A DNA stretch of 37,820 bases from a virus (lineage: Duplodnaviria > Heunggongvirae > Uroviricota > Caudoviricetes): the IMG/VR virus record IMGVR_UViG_3300014927_000119, one strand, 5' to 3'. A model generated the notes under the pieces. It made no database searches, was not told the origin of the DNA, and saw only the letters and a list, made by a program, of their open reading frames with translations. Position 1 is the stretch's first letter; each line of letters begins with the position of its first letter. A program made the position numbers and the translations under genes. This document shows positions 1-9,298 of this stretch, piece by piece.

Positions 1-1362
1 ATGTTTAAACCGGAACTCCTTTCCCCGGCGGGAACGCTGAAAAATATGCGTTACGCTTTCGCTTATGGCGCAGATGCTGTTTATGCGGGCCAGCCGCGTT
101 ACTCCCTGCGTGTGCGCAACAACGAATTTAACCACGAAAATCTCCAGCTCGGCATCAATGAAGCCCACGCGCTGGGGAAAAAGTTTTATGTCGTGGTCAA
201 CATTGCACCGCACAACGCCAAGCTGAAAACCTTTATCCGTGACCTGAAACCGGTGGTGGAAATGGGGCCGGATGCGCTGATTATGTCCGATCCAGGGCTG
301 ATTATGCTGGTGCGTGAGCACTTCCCTGAAATGCCGATCCATCTCTCGGTACAGGCTAACGCCGTGAACTGGGCGACGGTGAAATTCTGGCAGCAAATGG
401 GCCTGACCCGCGTGATCCTCTCTCGCGAGCTGTCGCTGGAAGAGATTGAAGAGATCCGCAATCAGGTGCCGGATATGGAGGTAGAGATCTTCGTTCACGG
501 CGCGCTGTGCATGGCCTACTCCGGTCGCTGCCTGCTCTCTGGCTATATCAACAAGCGCGACCCGAACCAGGGCACCTGCACCAACGCCTGCCGCTGGGAA
601 TACAACGTCCAGGAAGGGAAAGAAGATGACGTTGGCAACATCGTACACAAGTACGAGCCGATTCCGGTGCAAAATGTTGAGCCGACGCTGGGTATCGGCG
701 CACCAACCGACAAAGTGTTTATGATCGAAGAGGCCCAGCGTCCGGGCGAGTATATGACCGCGTTTGAAGATGAGCACGGCACTTACATCATGAACTCGAA
801 AGATCTGCGCGCCATCGCCCATGTAGAACGCCTGACCAAAATGGGAGTGCATTCGCTGAAAATCGAAGGCCGTACCAAATCTTTCTACTATTGCGCACGC
901 ACCGCGCAGGTTTACCGTAAAGCTATCGATGACGCAGCTGCGGGAAAACCATTCGATACCAGCCTGCTGGAAACTCTGGAAGGTCTGGCGCATCGTGGCT
1001 ATACCGAAGGTTTCCTGCGTCGTCATACTCACGACGATTATCAGAACTACGAATACGGTTATTCAGTTTCTGACCGCCAGCAGTTTGTTGGTGAGTTTAC
1101 CGGTGAGCGCAAGGGCGACCTCGCGGCGGTAGCGGTGAAAAATAAATTCTCCGTTGGTGACAGCCTTGAGCTGATGACGCCGCAAGGCAACATTAACTTT
1201 ACCCTTGAGCACATGGAAAACGCCAAAGGTGAAGCTATGCCGGTCGCACCAGGCGATGGTTATACTGTGTGGCTCCCGGTCCCGCAGGATCTTGAGCTAA
1301 ATTACGCGCTCCTGATGCGTAATTTCTCCGGGGAAACCACGCGTAACCCCCACGGTAAGTGA
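1..1362 (+). CDS. yegQ: YegQ, peptidase U32 family protein (host gene)
   Basis: 453-aa ORF starting at window position 1; N-terminus MFKPELLSPAGTLKNMRYAFAYGADAVYAG matches my recollection of E. coli YegQ; followed by cyaR as in the E. coli yegQ-cyaR locus. Confidence 0.9.
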   Translation: MFKPELLSPAGTLKNMRYAFAYGADAVYAGQPRYSLRVRNNEFNHENLQLGINEAHALGKKFYVVVNIAPHNAKLKTFIRDLKPVVEMGPDALIMSDPGLIMLVREHFPEMPIHLSVQANAVNWATVKFWQQMGLTRVILSRELSLEEIEEIRNQVPDMEVEIFVHGALCMAYSGRCLLSGYINKRDPNQGTCTNACRWEYNVQEGKEDDVGNIVHKYEPIPVQNVEPTLGIGAPTDKVFMIEEAQRPGEYMTAFEDEHGTYIMNSKDLRAIAHVERLTKMGVHSLKIEGRTKSFYYCARTAQVYRKAIDDAAAGKPFDTSLLETLEGLAHRGYTEGFLRRHTHDDYQNYEYGYSVSDRQQFVGEFTGERKGDLAAVAVKNKFSVGDSLELMTPQGNINFTLEHMENAKGEAMPVAPGDGYTVWLPVPQDLELNYALLMRNFSGETTRNPHGK

Positions 1363-1396
1363 TTAATTTCGATTATTTTTCCCGGATGGAAAATTC

Positions 1397-1440
1397 TTAG
1401 AAACCGATCACATACAGCTGCATTTATTAAGGTTATCATC
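1397..1440 (+). promoter_or_regulatory. cyaR promoter: CRP-like site TTAGA-N6-TCACA (1397-1412) plus -10 TATCAT (1434-1439)
   Basis: Half-site TCACA at 1408-1412 and a weaker left half, centred about 42 bp upstream of the presumed CyaR 5' end at 1447; -10-like hexamer ends 7 nt before that position. CyaR is known to be CRP-activated. Confidence 0.55.
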
Positions 1441-1446
1441 CGTTTC

Positions 1447-1533
1447 GCTGAAAAACATAACCCATAAAATGCTAGCTGTACCAGGAACCACCTCCTTAGC
1501 CTGTGTAATCTCCCTTACACGGGCTTATTTTTT
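1447..1533 (+). ncRNA. cyaR: CyaR (RyeE) Hfq-dependent sRNA; 3' terminator hairpin overlaps the prophage att core
   Basis: Sequence GCTGAAAAACATAACCCATAAAATGCTAGCTGTACCAGGAACCACCTCCTTAGCCTGTGTAATCTCCCTTACACGGGCTTATTTTTT matches the CyaR sequence as I recall it, ending in a CCCTTACACGGG hairpin and a T-run. Confidence 0.85.
1507..1533. repeat. attL core (P2-type 27-bp att core, AATCTCCCTTACACGGGCTTATTTTTT)
   Basis: Exact 27-bp direct repeat of 36004-36030 (identity extends to 28 bp); it is the reverse complement of the P2 attP core AAAAAATAAGCCCGTGTAAGGGAGATT as I recall it. Confidence 0.9.
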
Positions 1534-1596
1534 ACGCGTAATACAATGAAATAAAAGGATTTATTTCTGGTCACGTCCACACATTGACCACATCGA

Positions 1597-1623
1597 CAAA
1601 AAAAGCCCCTCGACTGAGGGGCT
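1597..1623 (-). terminator. Rho-independent terminator downstream of ogr
   Basis: Perfect 8-bp stem AGCCCCTC/GAGGGGCT (1604-1611 / 1616-1623) with loop GACT, followed on the minus strand by a T-run (A-run 1598-1603 on plus). Confidence 0.7.
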
Positions 1624-1635
1624 TCCTGTTTGTAA

Positions 1636-1854
1636 TTACATCCACATAATTTGCTGCCCTGACGGCAACGGGTGCGGTCTTACGGCGTGGACTTCTCCCG
1701 GCTTCACGATGTATCGCTGTACCGACTCATAAGTGATGAACGTGGCGCTGCAATTCACGTTCTGACACTGGTGATAACGCTCTTTTGTCGTGTCAGTGAT
1801 ATAGCGGCTTGTACGCGCATGTGCGGCATGCTGGCATAAAGGACAATGAAACAT
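1636..1854 (-). CDS. ogr: Ogr, zinc-finger activator of late transcription
   Basis: 72-aa product MFHCPLCQHAAHARTSRYITDTTKERYHQCQNVNC... with CxxC...CxxxxC zinc finger; start taken at the internal ATG (1852-1854) preceded by GGAAGAGG; P2 Ogr is 72 aa. Confidence 0.9.
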   Translation of the reverse strand: MFHCPLCQHAAHARTSRYITDTTKERYHQCQNVNCSATFITYESVQRYIVKPGEVHAVRPHPLPSGQQIMWM

Positions 1855-1935
1855 CGCGAGCACCTCTTCCGGTTTTGTTGATGGTGCCATTTTAGTTAAA
1901 TTACCCTTATAAAACAAACAGATAAAATAAAAACA

Positions 1936-3099
1936 TCACTCATCATCTTCTGTTTCGTACTCCACATCAGAAAGCCTTACCTCAAGCTCTAAGGACGTCG
2001 TGAAGCCGCTATTATTCAGAAAATGTGTCACCTTAGTGATTGTCCAGTCCTGCTCGTCTATGACGCGCTTAAAGCCTGACACTTTGACCGGCGTTTCCGT
2101 GTAAATATCTGCCCGACCGGTAGCCAGACTGATGGAGAACTCCGCCACACCCCGTTGCAGTTTATCCCACTTCGCCTGAGCGGCGCGCATGGCCTGCGCT
2201 TTCGTGGCATATACCGTAGTCAGGGCAAAAACGTTGTCAGCCTCACCGGCCATGTATTCACCTTCGCGCGCTTCCGGTACTTTTGGCGCTTTCTTCTGCG
2301 TGACCGGTTTCGCTTTCGGGTGCTCCAGTGCGCGCAGGTGTTTTTCTTTCTTTTTGCGTTTCAGTTTTACCTTCTGCTTTTGCGGCTTCGGGTCTTTGGT
2401 ATGTAACCACTTTGCCGTTACGCCGGTGTAAGCTCCACGGTCAGCAATCGCAAAATGATGACGGTCGCCGTCGCTGCGGGTGATGGTAATCTGCGGGATT
2501 TTTTTACCGCTGGCCGTCACCCCCTGCCCCGCTTTGAGAAACAACAGTTTTCCCATTTTTACCGACACCTCACCGCCGTTGCGTTCTGCAAGGCGGGTCA
2601 GGAATTTTGCATCAGACTCCTGCGACTGGTCGATGTGCGGAATTTTAATTCCGGCCAGTGACGGAGCGACACTGGCTTCCAGCCTGTTACGGGAGGCTAT
2701 CGCCTCAACAATCGCACCGAGCGTGGTGTCATGCCATGAGCCTTCCCGGCGGGAATTGAGCGTCCCGCGAAAATCTGCACTCCGGGCGCGGATGGTGACC
2801 ACATCCGGCGCGCCCCGGTGTTCAACCTCATCAACGGTGAATTTCCCTTTGCATACCAGGGCAAAACCTTTCCAGCCGATATACACCGTCAGGACAGCGC
2901 CACGAACCGGCAGCCCAACCTGCCCGTCGGCATCGTTCAGTTCAATATCAAGCTGATCAGCCTCAAAGCCCCGGTTATCCGTCAGGGTCATGCTCATCAG
3001 ACGGTCGCTGATATTGCCGGTAATATCCCTGCTGTCGAGCATCAGCATGTAATCCGGCGTCAGCGTACTGCCTGCATCAAATGTCAGCGCATCCAGCAT
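1936..3099 (-). CDS. D: Tail protein D
   Basis: 387 aa, same length and position as P2 gpD (after U, before ogr); lysine-rich central linker. Confidence 0.9.
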   Translation of the reverse strand: MLDALTFDAGSTLTPDYMLMLDSRDITGNISDRLMSMTLTDNRGFEADQLDIELNDADGQVGLPVRGAVLTVYIGWKGFALVCKGKFTVDEVEHRGAPDVVTIRARSADFRGTLNSRREGSWHDTTLGAIVEAIASRNRLEASVAPSLAGIKIPHIDQSQESDAKFLTRLAERNGGEVSVKMGKLLFLKAGQGVTASGKKIPQITITRSDGDRHHFAIADRGAYTGVTAKWLHTKDPKPQKQKVKLKRKKKEKHLRALEHPKAKPVTQKKAPKVPEAREGEYMAGEADNVFALTTVYATKAQAMRAAQAKWDKLQRGVAEFSISLATGRADIYTETPVKVSGFKRVIDEQDWTITKVTHFLNNSGFTTSLELEVRLSDVEYETEDDE

Positions 3100-3578
3100 T
3101 ATCCCGCCCCCGTCATACCCGTGAATTTAGTCGCCATACTGCCAGCCTTACCGATGAGCGATTCCGCCTGTTTACCGATATCGCCATAAAGCGCGGCCAG
3201 TGATTCATCAACGCGGGTGAGCGACAGCGTAAAATCAATTTTTCGGGGTGTGCCGTCTGCAAAGAAAATACTCCCTGTTTCACTCACCCTGCTGATGACA
3301 TACATGCCGTAAATCATGCCGGTGCCATCCAGCAACGGCCACGCCCGGCCTTCATCTGCCATCAGCCTGAGCGTGGTCATCGTCAGCTTTCCGCCGGTCA
3401 GTTCGGGATAAAGCACACCGGCAAGCGTGATGTTTTCCTCACCCACACCGAGAAACTGGTAGGCATCCCGTTTACCGATACGGGAATTTGACGGCCAGCG
3501 ATAATCTGATTCACGCTGCATGGTCTGGTGTGGCAGCGTCTGGCGCATAAAAACAAACATACCTAACGCGAGCATCAT
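3099..3578 (-). CDS. U: Tail protein U
   Basis: 159 aa, matches P2 gpU length and position; overlaps the D start by 1 nt. Confidence 0.9.
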   Translation of the reverse strand: MMLALGMFVFMRQTLPHQTMQRESDYRWPSNSRIGKRDAYQFLGVGEENITLAGVLYPELTGGKLTMTTLRLMADEGRAWPLLDGTGMIYGMYVISRVSETGSIFFADGTPRKIDFTLSLTRVDESLAALYGDIGKQAESLIGKAGSMATKFTGMTGAG

Positions 3579-3592
3579 TTTTCGTCACCTCC

Positions 3593-6040
3593 TTAACCGT
3601 CATGCATCATGCTGGCACGGGCGCGCGCACGTTTATCCCGCTCGTATTTTTCGAGCGCATCCTGTAACTGGCGGTCGAGCTGAGTCCCAGGCGCAGTACC
3701 GCCCGTCAGACTGATGTGATATTCGTTTTTACTCTGGTCCACATAAGAGCGGCCAGCCGGTGCCGTGACCGGCTGATAAGCCTGATAGGCTGCATAAGAG
3801 CTGGTCGCCGGAATATAACCACCGGTGCCATACGTGGCGGTATGAGTTCTGGCGGCGGTCTGGTCAAGTGTGTCTGACTCTTTGTTGATAACCCCGAGTT
3901 TTTCCAGTACCCAGTCTATACCGCTGCGCAGTTTGTTGAACGCATTAAGCGGCAGCATCAGCGCGTCAGCCAGTGCCTGCCCGAACATGACGCCCGTGTC
4001 ACGGCAACGGTTCAGGGTGTCCTGGGTGGCTTTGACCGGGGCAATCAGGTTTTTAAACCACTGCCACGCGGCCTGTAACTTTTCGCCCAGCCAGTCAAAC
4101 ACCGGCTTCAGTGGCGTGAACAGTTCCCCCACCGGCGCAAATGCCGCTTTCAGCCCTTCAACCACACCGCCAAAGAATGCGCTGACAGGCTCCCAGTATT
4201 TATGGATAAGCAACGCCCCGGCGACAATGGCGGCCACCACGGCCACAACCGGCCAGCTAATCGCCCCGATGGCCGTCATAACAGCACTGCCAACCGTCGT
4301 GAAGATTGCCCCCATTGCGCCTGCTGCCGCGATAATGGCATTGATGCCGGTGATAACCGGCCAGGCTACAAGACCAATGGCACCGATGATGCCAATAAGC
4401 GCCAGCGCGCCACCGACAATGAGACCGATGGTTGACGCCAGTGATTTGTTTTTCTGTATCCAGCCGTCGAGTTTTAACACATACTTTGTGGCCGTCTGAG
4501 TGAGCTTACGCAGTGCGCCTTCCTGCTGGTCAAACAGGTCAGTCCCCACCGCCTCATAAGCGGACTGAAACTCCTTAAAGTCACCGCCGAGGTTATCCTG
4601 CATGATTTTAACCAGCTCTTCCGTTTTACCGTCCGAGGCTTTCAGCGTGGCGGTCAGCGTATCCAGTTTTCCGCTTGCTGCCGCTGCCAGTAAAACGTTC
4701 GCTGATTTCAGGGCTTCCTCACCAAAAATGGTTTTAAGGTATTCCCCCTTCTGAGACGTTCCCAGCTTATGCTTATCAAAGCTGGCCTGAATCTCTTTCA
4801 GAATGGTGAACAACGGACGCATATTTCCCTTTTTGTCCGAGGTTTTAACGCCAAGCTCTTTGAGTGCATCCCATGCTTTTCCAGTCGGTGCCTGTAATCG
4901 GGTGACAACGGCACTGCTACCCGTACCCGCCATTGACCCCCTGATGTTATTGTCATGCAGCACACCGGTCATGGCCGCTGCCTGCTCAAGACTTACATCT
5001 GCCGTCCTCGCAACCGGGCCGAGGTAAGTCAGTGCATCACTGAGTCCCTGAAAATCAGCCGCCGACTTATTCATCGTTGCCGACAACACGTCGCCCACAT
5101 GGCTGACATCATCATTTGACAGTTGAAAGGATGCCTTAGTCCCCAGCAACAGTTGCGCGTTTTCTTCCATCGACCGCTGGTTTGCCAGTGCCATATTCAG
5201 TGTGACCGGCGTTGCTGCCTGAATAGCCGCAGCATCTCCACCCGCTTTCGCAATGATAATCTGTGCACCGGCTGCATCATCTGCCGAGGCGGCGGTATTG
5301 TCGCCGAGCTGGCGCGCCTGCTTGCGGAGTGCAGCCATTTCGGCGGAGTCTTTTGCCACACCTAGCACGGCCTGCAATTCTGAGTTTTTCTGCGCAAACT
5401 CATAACCGGGCATCAGCAGCTTAACACCGGCCATCGTTCCCGCAGCAGCAATCCCCACACCGGCAGCGCCCACTGAGGCCATATTTCCGGCCAGTTCCTT
5501 TCCGGCTTGATAACGCTGTTTGACTGCGTTAAGTTTTGCCTGTTGCGCACTGACACGCGTCAGCGCGTCACGCTGACGGTTAAGCTGTGCGGTGGTTTCA
5601 CTGATACGGTTTTTCAGTCCCTGCTCATCATGTGCAAGATTGCGGGTATTAATTCCCACAGTGGCCAGTTCCCGCTGCTGACGTTTAACGGAATCCGTCA
5701 GGCGGTTATATTTTGCCTGTAAGTCCTCCGCCGCACGCTTTGCGGATTCCAGCACTTTCGCCTGAGCACGGGTCGGACGTTCGGTGTTTTTAAACTGTGT
5801 GGCAAGGGCTTCGGCTTCCTGCCGTGCCTTTTCAAGTGCATGACCAGTCACGGCGAGCTGTGCACTGGTCTTGCGAAATCCCTCAATACGGGATGCCTGA
5901 CCGTTCAGCTCGCGCAGTGATTTTTGTGTTTCCCGGATATCCCCCGACAGCGATTTGCTCGCTGTGCGGATGGATTTAAACGGGCGGGATGCCTGGTCAA
6001 CAGCCCTGAGCAATACCTGTAATTTTACATTGTTACTCAT
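3593..6040 (-). CDS. T: Tail tape measure protein T
   Basis: 815 aa (P2 gpT is 815 aa); Ala/Gly-rich, coiled-coil N-terminus and hydrophobic central segments typical of tape measure proteins. Confidence 0.92.
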   Translation of the reverse strand: MSNNVKLQVLLRAVDQASRPFKSIRTASKSLSGDIRETQKSLRELNGQASRIEGFRKTSAQLAVTGHALEKARQEAEALATQFKNTERPTRAQAKVLESAKRAAEDLQAKYNRLTDSVKRQQRELATVGINTRNLAHDEQGLKNRISETTAQLNRQRDALTRVSAQQAKLNAVKQRYQAGKELAGNMASVGAAGVGIAAAGTMAGVKLLMPGYEFAQKNSELQAVLGVAKDSAEMAALRKQARQLGDNTAASADDAAGAQIIIAKAGGDAAAIQAATPVTLNMALANQRSMEENAQLLLGTKASFQLSNDDVSHVGDVLSATMNKSAADFQGLSDALTYLGPVARTADVSLEQAAAMTGVLHDNNIRGSMAGTGSSAVVTRLQAPTGKAWDALKELGVKTSDKKGNMRPLFTILKEIQASFDKHKLGTSQKGEYLKTIFGEEALKSANVLLAAAASGKLDTLTATLKASDGKTEELVKIMQDNLGGDFKEFQSAYEAVGTDLFDQQEGALRKLTQTATKYVLKLDGWIQKNKSLASTIGLIVGGALALIGIIGAIGLVAWPVITGINAIIAAAGAMGAIFTTVGSAVMTAIGAISWPVVAVVAAIVAGALLIHKYWEPVSAFFGGVVEGLKAAFAPVGELFTPLKPVFDWLGEKLQAAWQWFKNLIAPVKATQDTLNRCRDTGVMFGQALADALMLPLNAFNKLRSGIDWVLEKLGVINKESDTLDQTAARTHTATYGTGGYIPATSSYAAYQAYQPVTAPAGRSYVDQSKNEYHISLTGGTAPGTQLDRQLQDALEKYERDKRARARASMMHDG

Positions 6041-6460
6041 TCGTGTTTCCGCTTCGCCGGAGCGCCTTTTCGCGCCATGTGATGAGTTCGGTCAGGCTCA
6101 TGGGATACAGTTCTGATGGCGGCCAGTGAAATATCACTGCCACATCCGCCATCAGGTCATCGACCGACAGATTTTTCGGGAACGTCACTGCACCGAGTTC
6201 GGCGACAAAAAACCGACCACCTTACCGGCCAGCGCCACAAGGTCAGGCAGTTCCAGCGCGGCGACTTCCTGCTCGGTCAGCATCGGTGCCGTCATGCGCG
6301 GCAGCACCTTAATCAGTGCATCGACTTCGGAGTTTGCGACCGCAGCCAGACTGACACCGCGCAGCGTCCCGGCATTGGGTTTCATCAGCGTGACCTGTTC
6401 GATAACCTGCTCACCACGCTTGACCGGATTGTCCAGGGTAATCACATTTTCTTTGTTCAT
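6033..6460 (-). CDS. E': Tail assembly chaperone E+E' (product of a programmed -1 frameshift)
   Basis: Slippery heptamer T TTT TTG (minus strand, plus coordinates 6212-6206) in the E frame; translating the -1 frame from 6206 gives VAELGAVTFPKNLSVDDLMADVAVIFHWPPSELYPMSLTELITWREKALRRSGNTNE and a TAA stop at 6033-6035, for a 142-aa fusion (P2 E+E' is 142 aa). Confidence 0.8.
6185..6460 (-). CDS. E: Tail assembly chaperone E
   Basis: 91 aa, matches P2 gpE length; sits between FII and T. Confidence 0.9.
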   Translation of the reverse strand: MNKENVITLDNPVKRGEQVIEQVTLMKPNAGTLRGVSLAAVANSEVDALIKVLPRMTAPMLTEQEVAALELPDLVALAGKVVGFLSPNSVQ

Positions 6461-6516
6461 GGTTTTCTCACTTCTGAATCAGGGTTAACCGGTCAGCCAG
6501 GCTGACCGGATGAAAA

Positions 6517-7035
6517 TCACAGGCCGATATTTCGGCGGTGTTGCTCCAGCCGGTCGACGCCGTTCACCTTCTCAATCATGTTGATGGTGTCGATTTCGAC
6601 CAGCTCCTTACCGTCCATCGTCAGCCGGAAATAGGTGCAGACCACAGAGATTTTCGACTCGGTGTCTTCTCCCTGTTTACCCTCGCCGGTGTCGATTTCT
6701 TTCTGACGTCCACGCATGACCACCTCGACGGCCACCGTTTCGCCGGTATCGTCGCGCTGGTAAGAGCCTGCAAAACGAATCGGCACGACATCCACACCGG
6801 TTGCTGCGTAAAGCTCCCAGATAACCGAATCCGGGAAACCACCGAGCGACCACTCCATTGACAGGGCATCGTCATCAAGGCCGAGGTCTACCGGTGCGCT
6901 GCCGTTCATCCCCGCACCGCGATAGTTTTCGAGCTTACGGGTCAGTTTTGGCAGCGTGACGGACTTTGCAACGCCCTGATAGCTGTAGCCGTTCAGAAAG
7001 ACGTTCATTAACTTGAGTTTGCGCGGCATTGCCAT
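6517..7035 (-). CDS. FII: Tail tube protein FII
   Basis: 172 aa, P2 gpFII length and position. Confidence 0.92.
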   Translation of the reverse strand: MAMPRKLKLMNVFLNGYSYQGVAKSVTLPKLTRKLENYRGAGMNGSAPVDLGLDDDALSMEWSLGGFPDSVIWELYAATGVDVVPIRFAGSYQRDDTGETVAVEVVMRGRQKEIDTGEGKQGEDTESKISVVCTYFRLTMDGKELVEIDTINMIEKVNGVDRLEQHRRNIGL

Positions 7036-7047
7036 CGGTCAGGCTCC

Positions 7048-8238
7048 TTAATTGCTGTTAACCGAGGTGACCAGATTTGCCAGATATTTATCGGTGATAC
7101 GCTGGCGCAGGGTCAGGTTTTCAAGAGGAGGCACCGGGGTATAGTCGTAGTCGATATACAGTTTTCCTGCCTTGAGGGTTTCCGCATCGTTGGATTCTTC
7201 GCTGAACCAGCAGGTCGCATCCACGATATAGCCGTTTGTTTTCAGCTCACGGAATTTGGCATTGATGCCGTCAACGATGTCGCGAATCAGCGTTGCGGTG
7301 ATGGGCTTGTCCACCGCCCACATGTGCGCCTCAGCCATCGTGTCGGCCATCACCTGCGCGGTGCGGGTGTAGTTTTCAAAGAGGAACAGCGGGTCATCAG
7401 AGCAGGTACGGTTACCCCAGAATCGGAAACCGTCGCGGCGAATCAGCGTAGTGACGCCTGACTCGTTAAGCAGGTCAGCATCGGTGCCGGACTCCTGCAA
7501 ATCCCAGAATACAGATGCGCTGATGCCGGTAACACCGTTCACCCCGACGTTGGACAGCGTTTTATGCCAGCCCTGCTCCTGGTCGATTTTGGCACGCAGA
7601 CCCAGCGCACGGGCGGTGGCATACGCGGTGGCGGTGGTACTGGTGACCGTATCCCATGCGAGGAAATCCGGCCAGATGACCATCAGCTCACGCTGGCTGA
7701 AATTCTGGCGGTAGGCTTTCACCTCGGAAATGGTCTTACAGCCCCATGCGCTGATATACCCGAAAGCGCGCAGCTTCTGACAGACTGATGCCAGTGCAAC
7801 AGCCACCTCTTTGGTATCCAGTCCCGGCACGCCGAGAATACGCGGTTTAACACCGGTTACCGACTCCGCCGCCAGCAGGGCTTTCAGTCCGGTGTACTGG
7901 CCGTTTTCGTCGGTGGTGCCGATGATATTGGACACGGTCTGCGCGAGTTTCGTTTCTTCATCGTCGCCGGTGCCGTCTTCCACACGCACGACAACGGTGA
8001 CCGGTTTTGACTGGTCGGCGATGGCCTGCAACGATGCCGCCAGCGTGCCTTTTTTACCGGCCTTTGCAATTGCGCTCTGCACATTGGTAATCAGCACAGG
8101 TTTATTGAGGGGGAAGGTTTCCGCATCCGCATCGCTGGCCGTGCAGACCATGCCGACAATGGCAGTGGATACAGTGGAAATGACGCGGGTGCCCTCGTTA
8201 ATCTCCAGCACCTGCACGCCGTGATGATAGTTACTCAT
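7048..8238 (-). CDS. FI: Contractile tail sheath protein FI
   Basis: 396 aa, P2 gpFI length and position; GGAG 9 nt upstream of the ATG. Confidence 0.92.
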   Translation of the reverse strand: MSNYHHGVQVLEINEGTRVISTVSTAIVGMVCTASDADAETFPLNKPVLITNVQSAIAKAGKKGTLAASLQAIADQSKPVTVVVRVEDGTGDDEETKLAQTVSNIIGTTDENGQYTGLKALLAAESVTGVKPRILGVPGLDTKEVAVALASVCQKLRAFGYISAWGCKTISEVKAYRQNFSQRELMVIWPDFLAWDTVTSTTATAYATARALGLRAKIDQEQGWHKTLSNVGVNGVTGISASVFWDLQESGTDADLLNESGVTTLIRRDGFRFWGNRTCSDDPLFLFENYTRTAQVMADTMAEAHMWAVDKPITATLIRDIVDGINAKFRELKTNGYIVDATCWFSEESNDAETLKAGKLYIDYDYTPVPPLENLTLRQRITDKYLANLVTSVNSN

Positions 8239-8523
8239 CCGTTTAACTCCGTGGTTAATGGGCGCAACTATTTTCTGTTGTGCAGAGCATGAGACGCTAT
8301 TTGACCTGGCTGGTCAGTGGATGAAACAACAGACAAAGAAAAGGCGGGTAATCCGCCAGCCTGTCATGATTTGCACTCACTCCTTTTCCAACTGACAATT
8401 TACATAGCCCAAACGCTATCAAATCTGACAGTCTGCTTTGAGCGAATAGCGGACCTTACTTTTACTGTGGTATATTAATCAAAGGAAGTTTTTACATCAT
8501 TTAACCCAGAAAGGATGTTATTT

Positions 8524-9153
8524 ATGGCACGAACATACCCGTCAGAATGGAGTAAATTTTGCAAGACCATAAATACGAATAATGGATTTTCATATTACAC
8601 CAGTAATATTAAAGCCCAAATTCTTATTGGAGACATAAATCGATTTGCTGCCAGATATGCTGTGGCAGAGGACTTCAACGGTGTTGATATTATGGGTTCT
8701 ACTATAGAAACAAGGCTTGGGTATGAAGCATTGATGAGGGCATTACTTACCTGGAGCGTCGTGGAAACATATTTTAATATATTTTCAGTCGGATTAACTG
8801 ATGTTTATACATGTTTTCCTTTTACACAAAAGGAAAAGCATGACATCAGAAGCAAACTTAATGCGATTGGTAATGACACAATTAAATTTTATACATTCAT
8901 TTCTTTGAATTGTAACGCTCGTCATAAAACAAACACAAATGACTTTATAGCGAATAATGATTTTAACCCAATAATGCTATTGTCTGCCATTCGTCATGTT
9001 TTTGGCCACGGTGATCTAAGCGCTAATGTTAATAATGTTGACCCTGAATCAATAAATAAAATCGTAAATATCTTAAAGAAAGAAATTATAACTAAAATAG
9101 ATACTTCTTTCTCTTTATTAGTTCAAATGCACCCTAATTATTCTACTGTATGA
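8524..9153 (+). CDS. Hypothetical protein, cargo ORF in the Z/fun slot (209 aa from ATG 8524; 212 aa from ATG 8515)
   Basis: AT-rich ORF on the strand opposite the late genes; AAGGA (8511-8515) 8 nt upstream of ATG 8524; TGgTATATT extended -10-like element at 8468-8476. No motif I can recognise. Confidence 0.6.
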   Translation: MARTYPSEWSKFCKTINTNNGFSYYTSNIKAQILIGDINRFAARYAVAEDFNGVDIMGSTIETRLGYEALMRALLTWSVVETYFNIFSVGLTDVYTCFPFTQKEKHDIRSKLNAIGNDTIKFYTFISLNCNARHKTNTNDFIANNDFNPIMLLSAIRHVFGHGDLSANVNNVDPESINKIVNILKKEIITKIDTSFSLLVQMHPNYSTV

Positions 9154-9298
9154 TCTTGATGATAGGTTTTTACGAAAATAATCACCTTGGGTTATTTGAT
9201 GGATACTTTTTTTAAGTAACCCTTATTAATTTACACATTATTTCTGCCATATCCTTAGCTGATACAAGGTGAACGTCCCACGTAGTATTTTACCATTA

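Noticed and set aside
3870-4499. 209-aa plus-strand ORF (and further plus-strand ORFs at 4202-4435, 4803-5027, 5123-5365) inside the tape measure gene
   Set aside because: Antisense to the 815-aa T gene, which matches P2 gpT in length and position; long antisense ORFs are expected from GC-rich codon bias; no ribosome-binding site found.
6116-6505. Plus-strand ORFs of 129 and 120 aa overlapping E/E'
   Set aside because: The minus strand encodes E and the verified -1 frame E' extension; the plus-strand ORFs are antisense artefacts.
8515-8523. Upstream ATG at 8515 as the start of the slot 1 plus-strand ORF
   Set aside because: This ATG overlaps the Shine-Dalgarno sequence AAGGA (8511-8515) that is correctly spaced for ATG 8524; kept as an alternative only.
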